Shown: positions 38,459 to 51,297, counted from the first letter of the whole stretch. The stretch is 63,446 nt of DNA, filler included, from Reclinomonas americana ATCC 50394 (GCA_048213135.1; 7 parts of one record of this genome joined end to end with filler, not necessarily neighbours in it); one strand, 5' to 3'. Program-made: numbers and translations. Notes: generated from the sequence alone by a model not told the origin.

Positions 38459-39187
38459 TTACGGGATGATGTATCCATCGGGGGCGCTGCCGCACCAGTG
38501 CTCATTGAGCCACTCCACTGCAATGCCAAACTTGCCATTCCAGTGCACGCCATCGCCATTGCTCGACGCGTTCGAATCTAAAACCCAAGGTCGTTAGCTT
38601 TTTCACACAAGACGACGTTCTTCATGCTTCTGTCTCGGTCACCTCCGATGGAGAGCGCGGCGTGACCATTGGAGCTGCATCCGCTCCAGAAGAGCACGGC
38701 TCCGGCGGGCACATTAGTGCCACTGTAGTGCGTCCAGCCGGCCTTTTGCTTGGCCACCGCCGCGCCTTCCTTGGCGCTGCCCTGGTCGAGGTAGTCGCGG
38801 CGGACACCAGCCGACGCGTAGGCGTCCTTCACAAAGCCGAGGCAGCGGCCGCTGTCAGAGAGTGTGAGGGCGCACAATAGAGAGAGAAGAGTGTGTGAGA
38901 GAGGAAGAGTTAGACGAAACGCGTAGGGCGCGGCCGACTTCTGGAACGCCTCGCGCTCAAACTCAATGGCTTGCTGGATGGCATCGCCCACTGGTTGCGC
39001 CTCCAGTTCCTCGGGCGCCTGCAGTGACAGCGAGAGCACTGAATGTGTGCGCGTGAGTGAGTGACAGCGTGTGAAGAGTGCTCTTGTGTGTGTAGAAGGC
39101 ACCATTCTCCTCGTCCACGACAACAGCGTGCGCGAACACGGCCGCGAGAAGCAGCGCGAGAGCGACAATCAACAACGAGCGCGTCAT
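38459..39187 (-). CDS. Secreted CHAP/NlpC-P60-like cysteine hydrolase
   Basis: Signal peptide MTRSLLIVALALLLAAVFAHA, catalytic-like YA|GRCLGFVKDAY, VPAGAVLFWS..NGHAALSIG, and C-terminal GYIIP*. Three GT-AG introns. Confidence 0.7.
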
Positions 39188-39675
39188 GTGTGCTCACAGA
39201 GAGAAGACAAAATGTGCGTGAGAGAGCGCGAGAAGTACCAATGCGTGGCGGAAATGGTGTGCACATCACCCGCTCCCTCCCGCGCGCCAGATTGGTGTGC
39301 AGGAAAGGAGAGGCTGCGGCGGCGGAGGAGGAGGAGCAGAAGTGCGCTATGGCTCCCAGCGACCGCGCGCAATGTTCGAGGTGGCGTAAATATTTCCGAA
39401 TATGGTGAGTTGCAAAGGCCGCCATGCCATCATGCCATCAGTGATGGAAGCGTGTGTAACCCCAACTAGTACTGCAAGTGCGCCCACGCCATCGCCGGGT
39501 GCCATGACACACTACACGAGCAGCATCACGATCGGAAAAATCTCGATATCGACTCGTCGCAACCTGGCTCGCGCCGCAAGCACATCCCAGCTCACCATCT
39601 CCCACGTACGCGCACAGCTCATCACACACGCGTAAAGAAGGTGCGTTTTAGTCAAATAAAAGGGGAGTTGTTCGA

Positions 39676-40381
39676 TCACTCCAACCTCGCCGCCGAGGTG
39701 ATTGCAAACAGCAGCACCAGCACAAACGGCAACGCCACACCAAACGTCCACGACAGCGCGTGACTCCATCCAAACGGTGAGCCAGTGCCGTACTGGTTGA
39801 CGAGGTAGCCGGTGCCGGCCACGACAAAAATGACTCCAATGAAACCGACCACGGAGAAGATGATGCGCGGCACCTTGGCCACTCCGCGCGGGTGGTTGCC
39901 CACCGACAGGAAGATGGCTTGCGCGCCAAAGATGGCCAGCAGCATGAGACCAATCGCGTTCACAATCAGTGTCTGTGCGCGCACAAATGAGCGCGCATCT
40001 CAATGACGAGTGACGCACACAGAGAGACGCAACCTTGAGGCCGACCAGTCCCGCGCCACTGCTCAGCGTGTACGACGAGGTGACGCACGATGACGAGCTG
40101 CGCGTGTGTGCGTGTGTGTCAGTGGCGGCAATGTTCCGACTCTCTCTCTCTCTCGCCACGCAACCTGCAGACATCGGCGTACACCAGTCCACCGCGGTAC
40201 TCGATGCCCTGTCATTGTTCATCAGTGTCAACATCACACCTCTGCAACCACGTCACAACACGCACACACATACCGAGGCCGTGCTGACGATCCAGAAGGG
40301 GAGGCCCGCTGCAATGGCCGCCAGCAGCACGCTGATCAGTGTGAGCACGCCCACAGGCAACCCAATCGCCACCGCCTTCAT
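39676..40381 (-). CDS. Four-TM claudin/PMP22-like membrane protein
   Basis: MKAVAIGLPVGVLTLISVLLAAIAAGLPFWIV first helix ending in W, three further hydrophobic helices, and YGTGSPFGWSHALSW before the last helix. Confidence 0.55.
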
Positions 40382-40500
40382 CGCTCGCTCACACACAGAG
40401 GGAATCACACAGACGGAGGCGGACGGACGCGAGAGCCGCTCCGAACGCGTTGCTGTCCACCGACTCGTCCGCCTCCTCTCTATCTGCAGTCAAACGATAC

Positions 40501-41455
40501 ATGCGCGCGCATCGAGTGCCCCTGCTGCTCATCGCCCTCGTGGCGACACTGCTCGTGCTCGCCTCTGAGGAGACACACGCGCAGTGCTTTGGCAACAACG
40601 GCCTGCTCGCCACCTCGTCGAGTCTGTCGTGCTCCGGCTCGGCCACCTCCAACACATCGCTGTCGTGCCTGCGCTCGTGCTACGCCTCCTTTACCATCTC
40701 CTATGCCACCTCCACCACGGTCACTGTCACGCCGAGCTCGTCTGTGTCAGGGTGCGCATCTTGAATGAGAGAGAGCGTGAGAGCAGTTGCTCACTTCCGT
40801 CTTCTGTGCAGCTGCTCGTGCTCGTCGTTGCAGTACCGCGGTCCGATTGACACTGGCTGCTTCCAGGCCACGCTGTCGCCGGTGACCACGCCCTCTGGCT
40901 ACAACACCACTCTCTCGCTGACGTACTCTGGCGGCAGTGTGACGGGCTCCATGAGCTTCACGCCCTCCGGAACCACCACCGCCACCACATGCTCGGCGTC
41001 GTACTTTTGCAACTCGAGCAGCAACACCAACGGATGCCTCTTTGTGTCGTGTTGCGTCTCACTCTCTCGCATGCCATGAGTGTGCATTTTTCCGCGCATC
41101 TCACTCACTATGTGAGAAACAGGGAGTGGATCGAGCCCGACGCCGACGCCGACGCCGAGCACCGGTAGCGCTGGCGACGGCAAGGCCATCACTGCGGGTG
41201 TGCTGGCGGGCTTGATTGGCGCCGGCTTCCTCTTCTCCGCGCTCGCCGGCGCGATTCACATGTCGAGTCGCAACAAGATGTCGCCGGCACCGGGGTCGCC
41301 CACGGCGGCGCCAATGGCCGGTGCCACCTCGCCACAGGCCAACACGGGCTACGTGACGGCGCCGCCGCCTGCCGCCCCGCAGCAGCCGTACTATCCGCCA
41401 CCGGCGCAGTATGGTGCGCCGCCGCCGTACGGACAGCCAGTGTATGGCCAGCCTG
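40501..41455 (+). CDS. Type I membrane protein with Cys/Ser/Thr ectodomain and Pro/Tyr/Gln-rich tail (3' end in gap)
   Basis: Signal peptide MRAHRVPLLLIALVATLLVLA, TM segment ITAGVLAGLIGAGFLFSALAGAI, and tail PQQPYYPPPAQYGAPPPYGQPVYGQP. Confidence 0.6.
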
Positions 41456-42119
41456 NNNNNNNNNNNNNNNNNNNNNNNNNNNNNNNNNNNNNNNNNNNNN
41501 NNNNNNNNNNNNNNNNNNNNNNNNNNNNNNNNNNNNNNNNNNNNNNNNNNNNNNNNNNNNNNNNNNNNNNNNNNNNNNNNNNNNNNNNNNNNNNNNNNNN
41601 NNNNNNNNNNNNNNNNNNNNNNNNNNNNNNNNNNNNNNNNNNNNNNNNNNNNNNNNNNNNNNNNNNNNNNNNNNNNNNNNNNNNNNNNNNNNNNNNNNNN
41701 NNNNNNNNNNNNNNNNNNNNNNNNNNNNNNNNNNNNNNNNNNNNNNNNNNNNNNNNNNNNNNNNNNNNNNNNNNNNNNNNNNNNNNNNNNNNNNNNNNNN
41801 NNNNNNNNNNNNNNNNNNNNNNNNNNNNNNNNNNNNNNNNNNNNNNNNNNNNNNNNNNNNNNNNNNNNNNNNNNNNNNNNNNNNNNNNNNNNNNNNNNNN
41901 NNNNNNNNNNNNNNNNNNNNNNNNNNNNNNNNNNNNNNNNNNNNNNNNNNNNNNNNNNNNNNNNNNNNNNNNNNNNNNNNNNNNNNNNNNNNNNNNNNNN
42001 NNNNNNNNNNNNNNNNNNNNNNNNNGCAAGCGTGAATCGTGAAGCCCTCATTCTTTTTGGTACACAAGAATTCTTCATTTACAACAACACCATCACCATC
42101 ACCACAGCAGTGTCGAGTG

Positions 42120-43442
42120 TCACCGCAGACCAATCACACCACCCATGGCCAGTGTGGCACCCTGCCGATCCACACCCTGGAAAATTGCGCCCTTCAAGTT
42201 GGCACCCTGACAACGACGAAAGAGCGTCGTGAGTACACAGCGTATGAGTGAGCGAGCAGGTTGGGGCACACGCACCCGCAGATCCGAATCGCGCAAGTCC
42301 ACGTCACGGATGATGGCGTAGGAGAGATTGGCGTTGGAGAGGTCCACGTTGCGCAGAATGGCATTGGTCAGCGTGCAGTACGACAAGTCGGCATTCTTCA
42401 TAATGGCACCCGTAAAGTCGGCGGCACAAGCGTCGGCACGGCACAGCGACGCTCCGGTCAGATCGGCACCCGTGAGCTTGGCACTGTTCAAACGGAATGA
42501 GACGAGAAGGAGAAGTGAAGAGCGGGGTGAACACGCACCTGGTGAGCAAGCTGTGCGACATGTTGGCGCCGCGCAGCGAGGCCGCCACCAGCTGCGTCGA
42601 GTGCATCTTGGCGCGGTGAAAGTTGATGCCCGACAGATCCAGATCGTTGAGCACCAGCGTGTTGAAGCAGATGCCCTGGAAGCGCAGTGGCGTGCCCGAT
42701 GTGGTGCTCATGATGCTCTGCAGGAGAGTCAGCCACACAGCCACACACAGCGATAGCACACCAGGCGCAGCGCAACTCGAACCACATCCTCGCGAGTGAC
42801 CTCCGGCTCCCGCTGCGAATTCGGCAGCGTGGCCTGTCGCGCCTCGGCAGCCTCGTCGGCATCGAGCATGCGCTGCACCGCTTGCTCCAACTGGCGGAAA
42901 CACGAGCCGTGGTGAGCAACCCCAGAAGCAAGAGCGCCAGAAACAAAAGACCAGCACGCACTGTTTCGACCCCGAAATACTGCGCCTCACGGAGGAGACC
43001 ACGAGTGGAGGTGCCCTTGTCGAGTCGCACCTCGCCCGTGCGCAAAAACGACAGGATCACATCAAAGTAGCGTGGATCTGTGGACGACGATCATCAGCGT
43101 GCCTGTGTGGCGATGCACACGCACGCACGCACGCACGCACCGCGATCAAACAGAATGCGTCCCTTGTCATCGCGCGAAAACGGGATGGAGCAGCTGTCCG
43201 AGGCGCCACTGTCGAGCTCAGCCAGATTGCGGAAGAGCGCGGAGCTGTCGTCCACAAGCAGAGTGGATCGCGTGGTGCAAAAGTACTCGCCGCCCACGTT
43301 GAAGTGAATCCACTGTGTGCAGGTGTGCGTAAGAGAGAGAGAGAGAGATGTGGAGATGCGGAAGACCGCAGCGCACCTCTGAATCGTCGGACGATGAGCG
43401 TGTGGGGGACTTGGAGGAGGCAGCGGTTTCGGCGGCACTCAT
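42120..43442 (-). CDS. KCTD9: KCTD9-like BTB/POZ + pentapeptide-repeat protein
   Basis: WIHFNVGGEYFCTTRSTL, ILFDR|DPRYFDVILSFLRTG, LLREAQYFG, LRFQGI..DLSGINF, then A(D/N)LxxA pentapeptide repeats. Confidence 0.9.
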
Positions 43443-43838
43443 GATGCGCTCTATGCACGCAAAAAAGATCGAGTACGAAAACAGCGACAACGAAGACACT
43501 TGTCGCAAACGCACGTGCGAAAATAGCTTTCAGACGCGCGCGTTCGAAGTGATGCAAGGCAGCGTGGCGTTGCGAGGGAGGCCAGGCGGTGGGTTACATG
43601 CAGTTTGCCAGGGTAGGCTCCTGTGCCTGGTCGAGCGCGTCCGAAACTGACGGCCTCGACGTTGTGATATCGATCGACGTCGACGTCGTCGTACATTCCC
43701 CGCGCGCCTCACCTTCTCCGCTTGCCCCACAGCTCCTCGACTAACACCACCACCACCGCCTTCTTGTTGTCCACCCGTCTTTCTTTCTGTCATCCATCTC
43801 GTCCCGCATTGGATCCATTTCCAGCTCCTTTTTGTTTG

Positions 43839-46800
43839 ATGGCCGACGAACAGAGTGCCGCCGCTGCCGCTGCACCTTCCGAGCCGCCCAGTCGTAGTTC
43901 TCTGCGTCCGCCTCCGCTCTTCCTGCGACCTCCGCTTGAACCGCTGACGCATCTTCCCGTCGCAGTTGCGCAGCGCTCAGCTTCTTTGCAGTTCGCATTG
44001 TTTTTCTCCTGCTGATTGCCTTGTCTCTCTCTGTTTGCAGCAGCACGACCCGAACGACGAGTCGGAAGACGACGAGGCCGATGAGGGCGACGACGGCGAG
44101 GAAGGCGAGGAGGGCGATGTGTTGATCGATGAAGAATGGGCGCGAACAGTGGCCTCCATGATTGAGATCTACGTGCAAGACTCGGATCTCACGCGCCCCG
44201 AGTCGGCGACGCGACGGCACAACGTCCCCGGACCGTGGATCGATCTGATCATGGCCTTTACTGAACTTGGCGGACTTTCCGAGGTGTGTGTCATGCATGC
44301 ATGCAAGCAGTCTGATCATTCACGTGGATCCACTCATGGATGAGGCGCGAGGGTAGTTTGTGAACGAGGAGAGTCGCGCGGTGCGTGGACTGTATCGGTA
44401 CTTGCGGCGCCTGTTCTCCACGTCGCCAACCGTCGAGTTCAAGCGATGTGGCGATGGGCCGGATCGAGTGCGCCGACGCGCTGTTTCTCGTTCGTGTTTT
44501 GTGCCCCTGTCTCTTTCTGTGGTGTGACGCTCATCGCTGCGTGCTTGCTTGCGGGCTGGGTGCAGAGGAGATTTTGATGCGACTGGAGGAGCTCTTTTTG
44601 TTGCTCCCGCGACCGGAGACCGCCATGGCGCCGGTCGACGAGGAGCCTCCGCGTGACGACGTGGATCTGCAGCGTCAGGACGACGAGGCAGCGTCGCTGA
44701 TGGTGGCCAGCTGGCTCAGTCGTGTGTTGCACCCTCCCGCCACCTATCCAGTGCTCGAGAGCGCGCGACTGGAGCATCCGCTCGGCTACGTGCCGATTCG
44801 TCTCGTGTTTGGTGCGTGTGTGCGGGAAATGAGAGCGACTCTGTGTGTGGCACTCACGTGCGTCTTGCAGCCGAGTGTCCACTCATTCAGCAGGCCTGCA
44901 TCAAGGCCGCCTCCACGACACCGGCTGCGGGCGATCCACTGGCGGCCAAGCTCAAGCGCACCAACAGCGCCGGCTCGTCCTCCAGTGGCGGCAGCAGCAG
45001 CGGCGGTAGTGGCAGCGGCAGTGGTGCTGTCGATGCCGCCGAGCACTACCTCATGTGGCTCATCGAGCGACAGCGACTCCGCGACGCCGGCTTCCTGCAG
45101 CTCGACGGAAGCTCACGTTCGCTGTACACGATCTCGCTGCATGAGCAGCTGTCGCGTCTCATTGTTCACATGTTTCACCCGGCCACCTTGCTCAAGGTGA
45201 CTGTGCTTTCCTCGTCACTGTGTTGTGTCTGCCTGCTGACCTGTTGCTGCATGACGCACGCAGCACACCACGTTGATGGCTGTCTGTGATCACCACCAGG
45301 GCAGTGCGCCGGTAAGTAGGAGCCACACTCCGCGTCGTTGACGCCGACTGACGTTCTTCCCCAACCACAGATTGAAGAGTTCGCCAAGATGCGCCGAGTG
45401 GTGCACGCGCTGCGTCACTTGCCTCGCGAGCTGTGGCTTTCTCGTATTGTTGCGTTGTCGCCACCTCATTCCATGCATTGCGGTGACTGACAGGAGACGG
45501 ATGGTAGGCCACTGCCGCCTCGCTGTGCCCTTCGATGGAGCTCGTGAGCGATGAATCCGGTCGGCAGCTGATCCGCGGCTACAAGGGCGATGCGTACATC
45601 CTGCGCCACCTGCAGGTGTGGTTCTCCGACGAATTCCTGCTGAGCCAGGACGGCCAGCTGTTGCGGACGCTGCTGGAGGAGGACGGCTCGGTGCCCATCG
45701 AAGTCATGTGCGGTTTTGACGCGTTTCGCGAAGAGCACATTTCAGCGGAGCAAGTTGTCGAAGCCATTCGCGGCCAGCCCAAGTTGCACAAGCTCAAGCT
45801 CACCAGAGAACGAGACGCGGTACAGCGCAAGACTCCGTTCAAACTGCAGACGGTGCCAAAGACGCCCGACGAGGTGGTTCGCATCGAATGGGGTGCCGCG
45901 GAGCCGATGCATCTGGTGTGTGTTGGGAATGAGATGCATGGTGCGGAGTTGTGAACTCACTGTCGCGCAGGATGTCGCACCGAGTGAGTCTGCTGCCATA
46001 TCGCCCATGTCACCGCTGCCCAGCGAGGGTCTGCCGCGTGACGAGCTCCTGAGCAAGGTGCGTCGCCGCATTGAATTCTGGCTCTCGGATCGGCATCTGG
46101 CGCTGGATGTAGTTGCGTCGCGCGGCATTGAGCGCCTCCTCAGCCGAGTGTGGAGGGCGGCCTGTGTTCAAACCCCTGTGTCCTTGTCAGTACCTGTCCT
46201 CGTTCCTGTACTCGTCTGGCGACGGATCCATCGGTATCTACGAGTTGCTCGGCTATCCTCCGCTGCTAGCGTGGCTGGCCGAGTACTCTGGTGTGTGATC
46301 ACGAGCCAGCTCCTGCTCTTGCCGAAGTGACTGAGATTCGATGGTCTTCTGACAGAGCGCACCACTATTATCCGCGAGGCTCTTCTCGAGTCGTCGGCGG
46401 TCGAGGTGTCACCGGACGGCATGCAGTTGCGGCGCGTCGACCTGCTGCCCGAGCTGCGTCGCGTGGTGCTGTTTGGCCCACTGGAAAATGCACGAGCGCT
46501 GATCGGCCACTCGAGTGCACTGCAAGCAAGTCAAGGTACAGTACAACTTTGTGTTCTCCGCACCTCTCCAGTCTCTCTCTCACACGTCAGCACGTGTGTG
46601 CTTGTGTGGCAGGCGCATCGTTCACCATGATGACGTACAACATTCTGGCCGAGTCGCTGTGCTCACCCACGTGGTATCCATACGCCGATCCATCATGTGC
46701 GCGACGAGCGTGCGTTGCTGCGCAGCGAGTGGTCTGTCGCTCATTGTGTTTTTTCTGTGACGCAGCTCTCGACTGGGAGAATCGTCGATGGGCGGTTCGG

Positions 46801-48377
46801 TGTGTGACTGCATTCTTGCATATGTTGTGACTGCTGTCCATTCCTCACGCCGTTCTACAGTCGCGAAATTCTGTTCTACGAGCCCGACATTCTCTGCCTG
46901 CAAGGTGAGAACGAAGAGAGAGGTCAACAACAAAAAGGCCATTGTGGTTGACTGTCATTGCAGAGATCCAAGCGCCCGGCAAGTGGGAGCAAGTGAGTCT
47001 CGATATCGTGCTGTATGCACTCCGTGCTTCGCCTCCCTCAACTCGTGTTCGTTCAGGGAGAGCATCCGTCGATCAATCATGCGCACTGGATGTTTAGGAC
47101 GCTGAGTGCTGCCGGCTACCGCGGTCGCTATTGCAGGAAGCGCGGCCGCAACGGACTAGTCATCCAGGAGCATGAGCCAGTGATCGGCAACATGCTGCTG
47201 TGGTTCGTCGGTACAGTGGTGGCAATGGTGGTGATGATGGCTGGATGACTGATCGTTGTATTCTGTCGCAGGAAGGACTCGGTGTTTGAGTTGGTCTCCA
47301 CACACTTCTTCAGCATGGTGCGTCTCCGCCGTCAGTCGATGCACAAGAGTGAGACGTGTGTCGTTTACATGTTGCGCGCAGGCCGATGCGGTCTACGAAC
47401 TGGCCACCGATCCGACTGTGAAGCGCACCATCGGCAAGGGACACACGCAGGTCGCGGTGTTTGCCGTGCTGCGCCATCGTGAACGTGGTGACCTCGTGCT
47501 GGCCGGCTCGACGCACATTTCGGCCAACTGGAAGCAGTCGTACATGCAGATGCGGCAGATGATTGTGTTGAGTCGCGAGATACACAGACTGCAGGGCGAG
47601 ATCAGTGCGCAAATCGGGCACCCGATTCCGGTGGTGCTCGGTGGCGACTTTAATGTGACACCAAACTGCGCCATGTACGGCTACTTGCGTCACGGTGCGT
47701 GGGGCCGTCCCTTCCCGCACAACTTGCATGATATGATGACTGCTCAACCGTTTCTCTTTGCAGGATTTGTGCCTCCGGATCACCCGCTGGTGACAGCCGC
47801 CGCCGACGGGTGCGCGGCGTCCGTTCTCGACTCGACCACTGGTGGATTTGTGAATCCTCGGCCGCTCCGCAGTGCCATGGAGACAGTGATCGGCACCGAG
47901 CCGCATGTGACGAACTTTACCGTGGAATGTTGCGTCTGTTGCCACACGATAAGTGCACTCTTTCCAGTTACTCATTCACTCTGTGGCCTTATTCACCAGA
48001 TCGCGGCACGCTTGACTACGTTGCGTCATTATTTCCTCATGTTGGCAGTGTGCGTTTCATGCCTTTCTCACGGTACCCCTCTGGCATGCAGTTGTTCTAC
48101 ACCGAGCCACTCATGCCGCTGGCGGTGCTCGACGTGCCCTCTGTGCAGACTCTATCAAAGGAAAACGGGTGTGTGCTTGCACGTTTTGTCAGTGTGACTC
48201 CGTCTTCGCCTGACTGCTTCTGCCCAGTGGCCTTCCCAACTCGCGTTTCCCAAGTGACCATCTTCCAGTTTTTGTTGCGTCGTCCACCGCTGACTCTCGC
48301 TTCTCGTGTCGCATACTAACAGCTTGCATTGTCGTTGTTGTACACAGGCGCGTTTCAGATTTCCGCCGCACTGGTGA
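43839..48377 (+). CDS. Protein with La-motif (winged-helix)-like domains fused to a CCR4/Angel/nocturnin-type EEP nuclease/phosphatase
   Basis: La-like ILRHLQVWFSDEFL..DGSVPIEVMCGF..VQRKTP and VRRRIEFWLSDRHLALD..DGSIGIYELLGY..EVSPDGMQLRR. EEP motifs TMMTYNILAESL, LDWENRR, PDILCLQE, THI, LGGDFN, TNFT..GTLDYLFY and FPSDHLP. Stop TGA at 48375-48377. Confidence 0.8.
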
Positions 48378-48559
48378 ACTCGGTCGTCCTCAATGAAAAC
48401 TGCGCCTGTCGCCAGTGCATCCTCCTCTCTCTGTCTTCAGCATGTTTTTTTTTTTACTTCGACGCAACAGCGACTCCACCGCCAGAACCAGAGCAGCGGC
48501 GTGTCGTGCCGTGTCGGCATTTTCCACCCTCAAACCATACACATGTTTCTTTCTTATCC

Positions 48560-50507
48560 TCAAAAGCTCAGCTCGCGGTCTACGAGTCCCTCCGCATTCC
48601 ACTGCTGATAATCGCCATCCTCCACCGATTCGTCCTCCATGGCCATACGGTCGTACTCGACACGTGCAAACTTCTCCCAGTCACTGCGCACGACGGTGAT
48701 GAGGACACAATCTCGCACGTGAGAGAGAGAAGATATAAACCTCAGAGTGTTGCTCTGGTTCTCCTGGTACACCAGGAACGGATCGCGGGTCTCGAAGGAC
48801 AGGAACTTGTTGAGGTTGGTGAAGGTATTGATAAACACGTCGGCTTGCTTGCATCGCTTGAGGTCGGAAATGTAAATGGCGGTAATGTCCACTGGCTTCA
48901 CCATGTCCAACCTGAGCGCACGACCACCACTGGCGGTGAGCATCGCGTGGAGCAAAGGTTTCGCGACAGACACACACGCAAACACGCAACATTTGACACA
49001 AAATGTCGTCAAAGGTGACAATCTCGGCCGCCAGATTCTCCATGCGCGTCAGCTGCTCCGAGTACAGGTACTCGAGCTCGTACGCGGAGAGAAGACCATC
49101 ATTGTCAATGTCCATGATACGGAACCAGTACTCGAGCGCCGTCGGCGACGTCTTGTCCTCCTCGGCAACGCAGAACCCTGCTCATCGCGGCATGAGAGAG
49201 ACGAGAGGAGCGGCTCGACCTTTGCGACAGGGGAACGCAACAGATAAAATCGCGATATGACATCATGCCACGACGCTCGCACAGGAATCGTCTCGGCGCC
49301 TGATCAAAGATGCGATCCACCACACGCGACGTTAGTGCGTAGTTGCTGTACGCGGAGAACTCCTGCACACATTCACACATACACAGTGAGCCAGTGTGGT
49401 CTACACCTGCGCTGTCATCATCATCATCGTCGCAACTTCCTTGTTGATCATGAAATCGTGGTCGTGATCGAGCTCCCAGAACTTGCAGTAGAGCACATAA
49501 AAGTGCTCGTACGAGAAGAAATCCATGATCTGGCACACACACAGTTCCAACGTCAGCCTAATCCCCCCACAAGCTGCATGAACTGTATTGTGGCGCAAGC
49601 ACACCTGATTAATGTCGTCTTCGGTGTCCAGCTTTTGCAGGGTGGCCAGCAGTTTTGAGTTCTTGAAGCTCTTGAAGTCTATTGCCTCCAGGTTGGTGCG
49701 ATCGAGAACGTAGAATATCCGTTCGACCACCGTCTCGGCTGTGTGCGCGTGACAGGTGAGCGTTACGTGCTCCGCCATTCCCCGCCACTCGACTCGACTC
49801 ACCGTATCGTTCTTGGAATTCGGGCGTCTGCTTGAGGAACTCGAGGCCCGGATGTCGTTCGAGAACCTCTGCAGAGACGAAACAGCGGGTGAGACCACAA
49901 CATCAGGCAGGTAGCATTGTGTCGCGAGCACGAGACCTTGTACCAAGTCGACAAATCCACTGCGAACAATAGTCTTGCCAGTGGGAGCACGGAAAATATT
50001 GTACACCTGACGCGCCTCCTCGTTGCCGGAGAGTTCACGCTGCCAGTACCGCAAAAACGACTCGAGGGTCACGGTGCCGGTGCCTGTCGTGTCCACTCGC
50101 CGGAAAAGTGTTCGATTTACATACGATGGCAGCTTCAGCACGTCTCGTGTCACGCGCAGCAGGCCCACTTCTTGCAGTGCGTTGCTGCTGAGACCAAATG
50201 CACTCCGAAGGCGAGCCTACATGGATACACCACCTGCCATCAGCATTCGAGAACCGGGAGAGTGTGTGGCGAGGCCTCCCACTTACCGGCACATCGCCAT
50301 CTTGTGTCCGCACCGGTGGAGGCTTGGGCTTGTAGAACGAGGGAATGATCTGCGTGCTGGCATGTGAGACACAGAAAGCCAGAGACTCTCTCTCTCTCTC
50401 NNNNNNNNNNNNNNNNNNNNNNNNNNNNNNNNNNNNNNNNNNNNTTAATTAATTAANNNNNNNNNNNNNNNNNNNNNNNNNNNNNNNNNNNNNNNNNNNN
50501 TTACTTA

Positions 50508-50573
<66 letters not shown>

Positions 50574-51297
50574 GCACCCTTCCCACAGTGTCTGCCGCCG
50601 GCCCCTTTGCTGCTGCCGCTGCCGTGCTCGTGGCGGTCGGTGCAGCAGAAGACGCGCCGCCCAGTGACGGTGCCGGCGTCGGTGCTGTGGCGCCCGGCGC
50701 ACCCACTCCCGCCGTCTTCGAGGGTCCCACAGTCGGCGACACCGACGACGGTCGATCGCCCGCCACTCCACCACCAACACTCCCTCCCATCTCGCCATGG
50801 TGCGCCGGTGATCGCGGTGGCGCCGTCGAACCAGGCGGTGCATGCCAATCGGCGCTCAGATGAGGTCCACCAGCCGAGGCCGCACCAGCCGCCGCTCGGT
50901 CTGTGCTCACCACCACACGTGAGCGCACAATGCACACGCGAAAGCAGCAAGCACCACAGAGGAGTGACGCAACTCTGCACCATCACCGCGCACGAGTCGA
51001 GAAACGTATCAATCTGTCGATGCGTGGACGGCAGCGTCAAGAAGCGCAGAAAGAGCTCCTGCAGCTTGCGCGAGGCCGCCAGGAACTGTGGAGTGCCCGG
51101 GTCACACGAGATCGAGTATGAAAACACAGAGCCATGCTCGCTGTCGATGCTTGCCGCGTCATCTGCTCAACCGAGTGAGCATGTAGTGTGCGTGCGCGTG
51201 GGAGAGAGCGAGGGAGACACACACACACACACACACCATGCGAACTGCCACCACGTGGTGGCTGGTGAGCGCCCTCTGTCCACGCGCTCGTGAGCAT
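48560..51297 (-). CDS. PPP2R3: Protein phosphatase 2A regulatory subunit B'' (PR72/PPP2R3 family, EF-hand)
   Basis: HPGLEFL..RYAETVVERIFY, FFSYEHFYVLYCKFWELDHDHDFMI, EEDKT..ALEYWFRIMDIDNDGLLSAYELEY, DILCQMLDMVKP, FTNLNKFL and SDWEKFARVEY. Confidence 0.93.
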
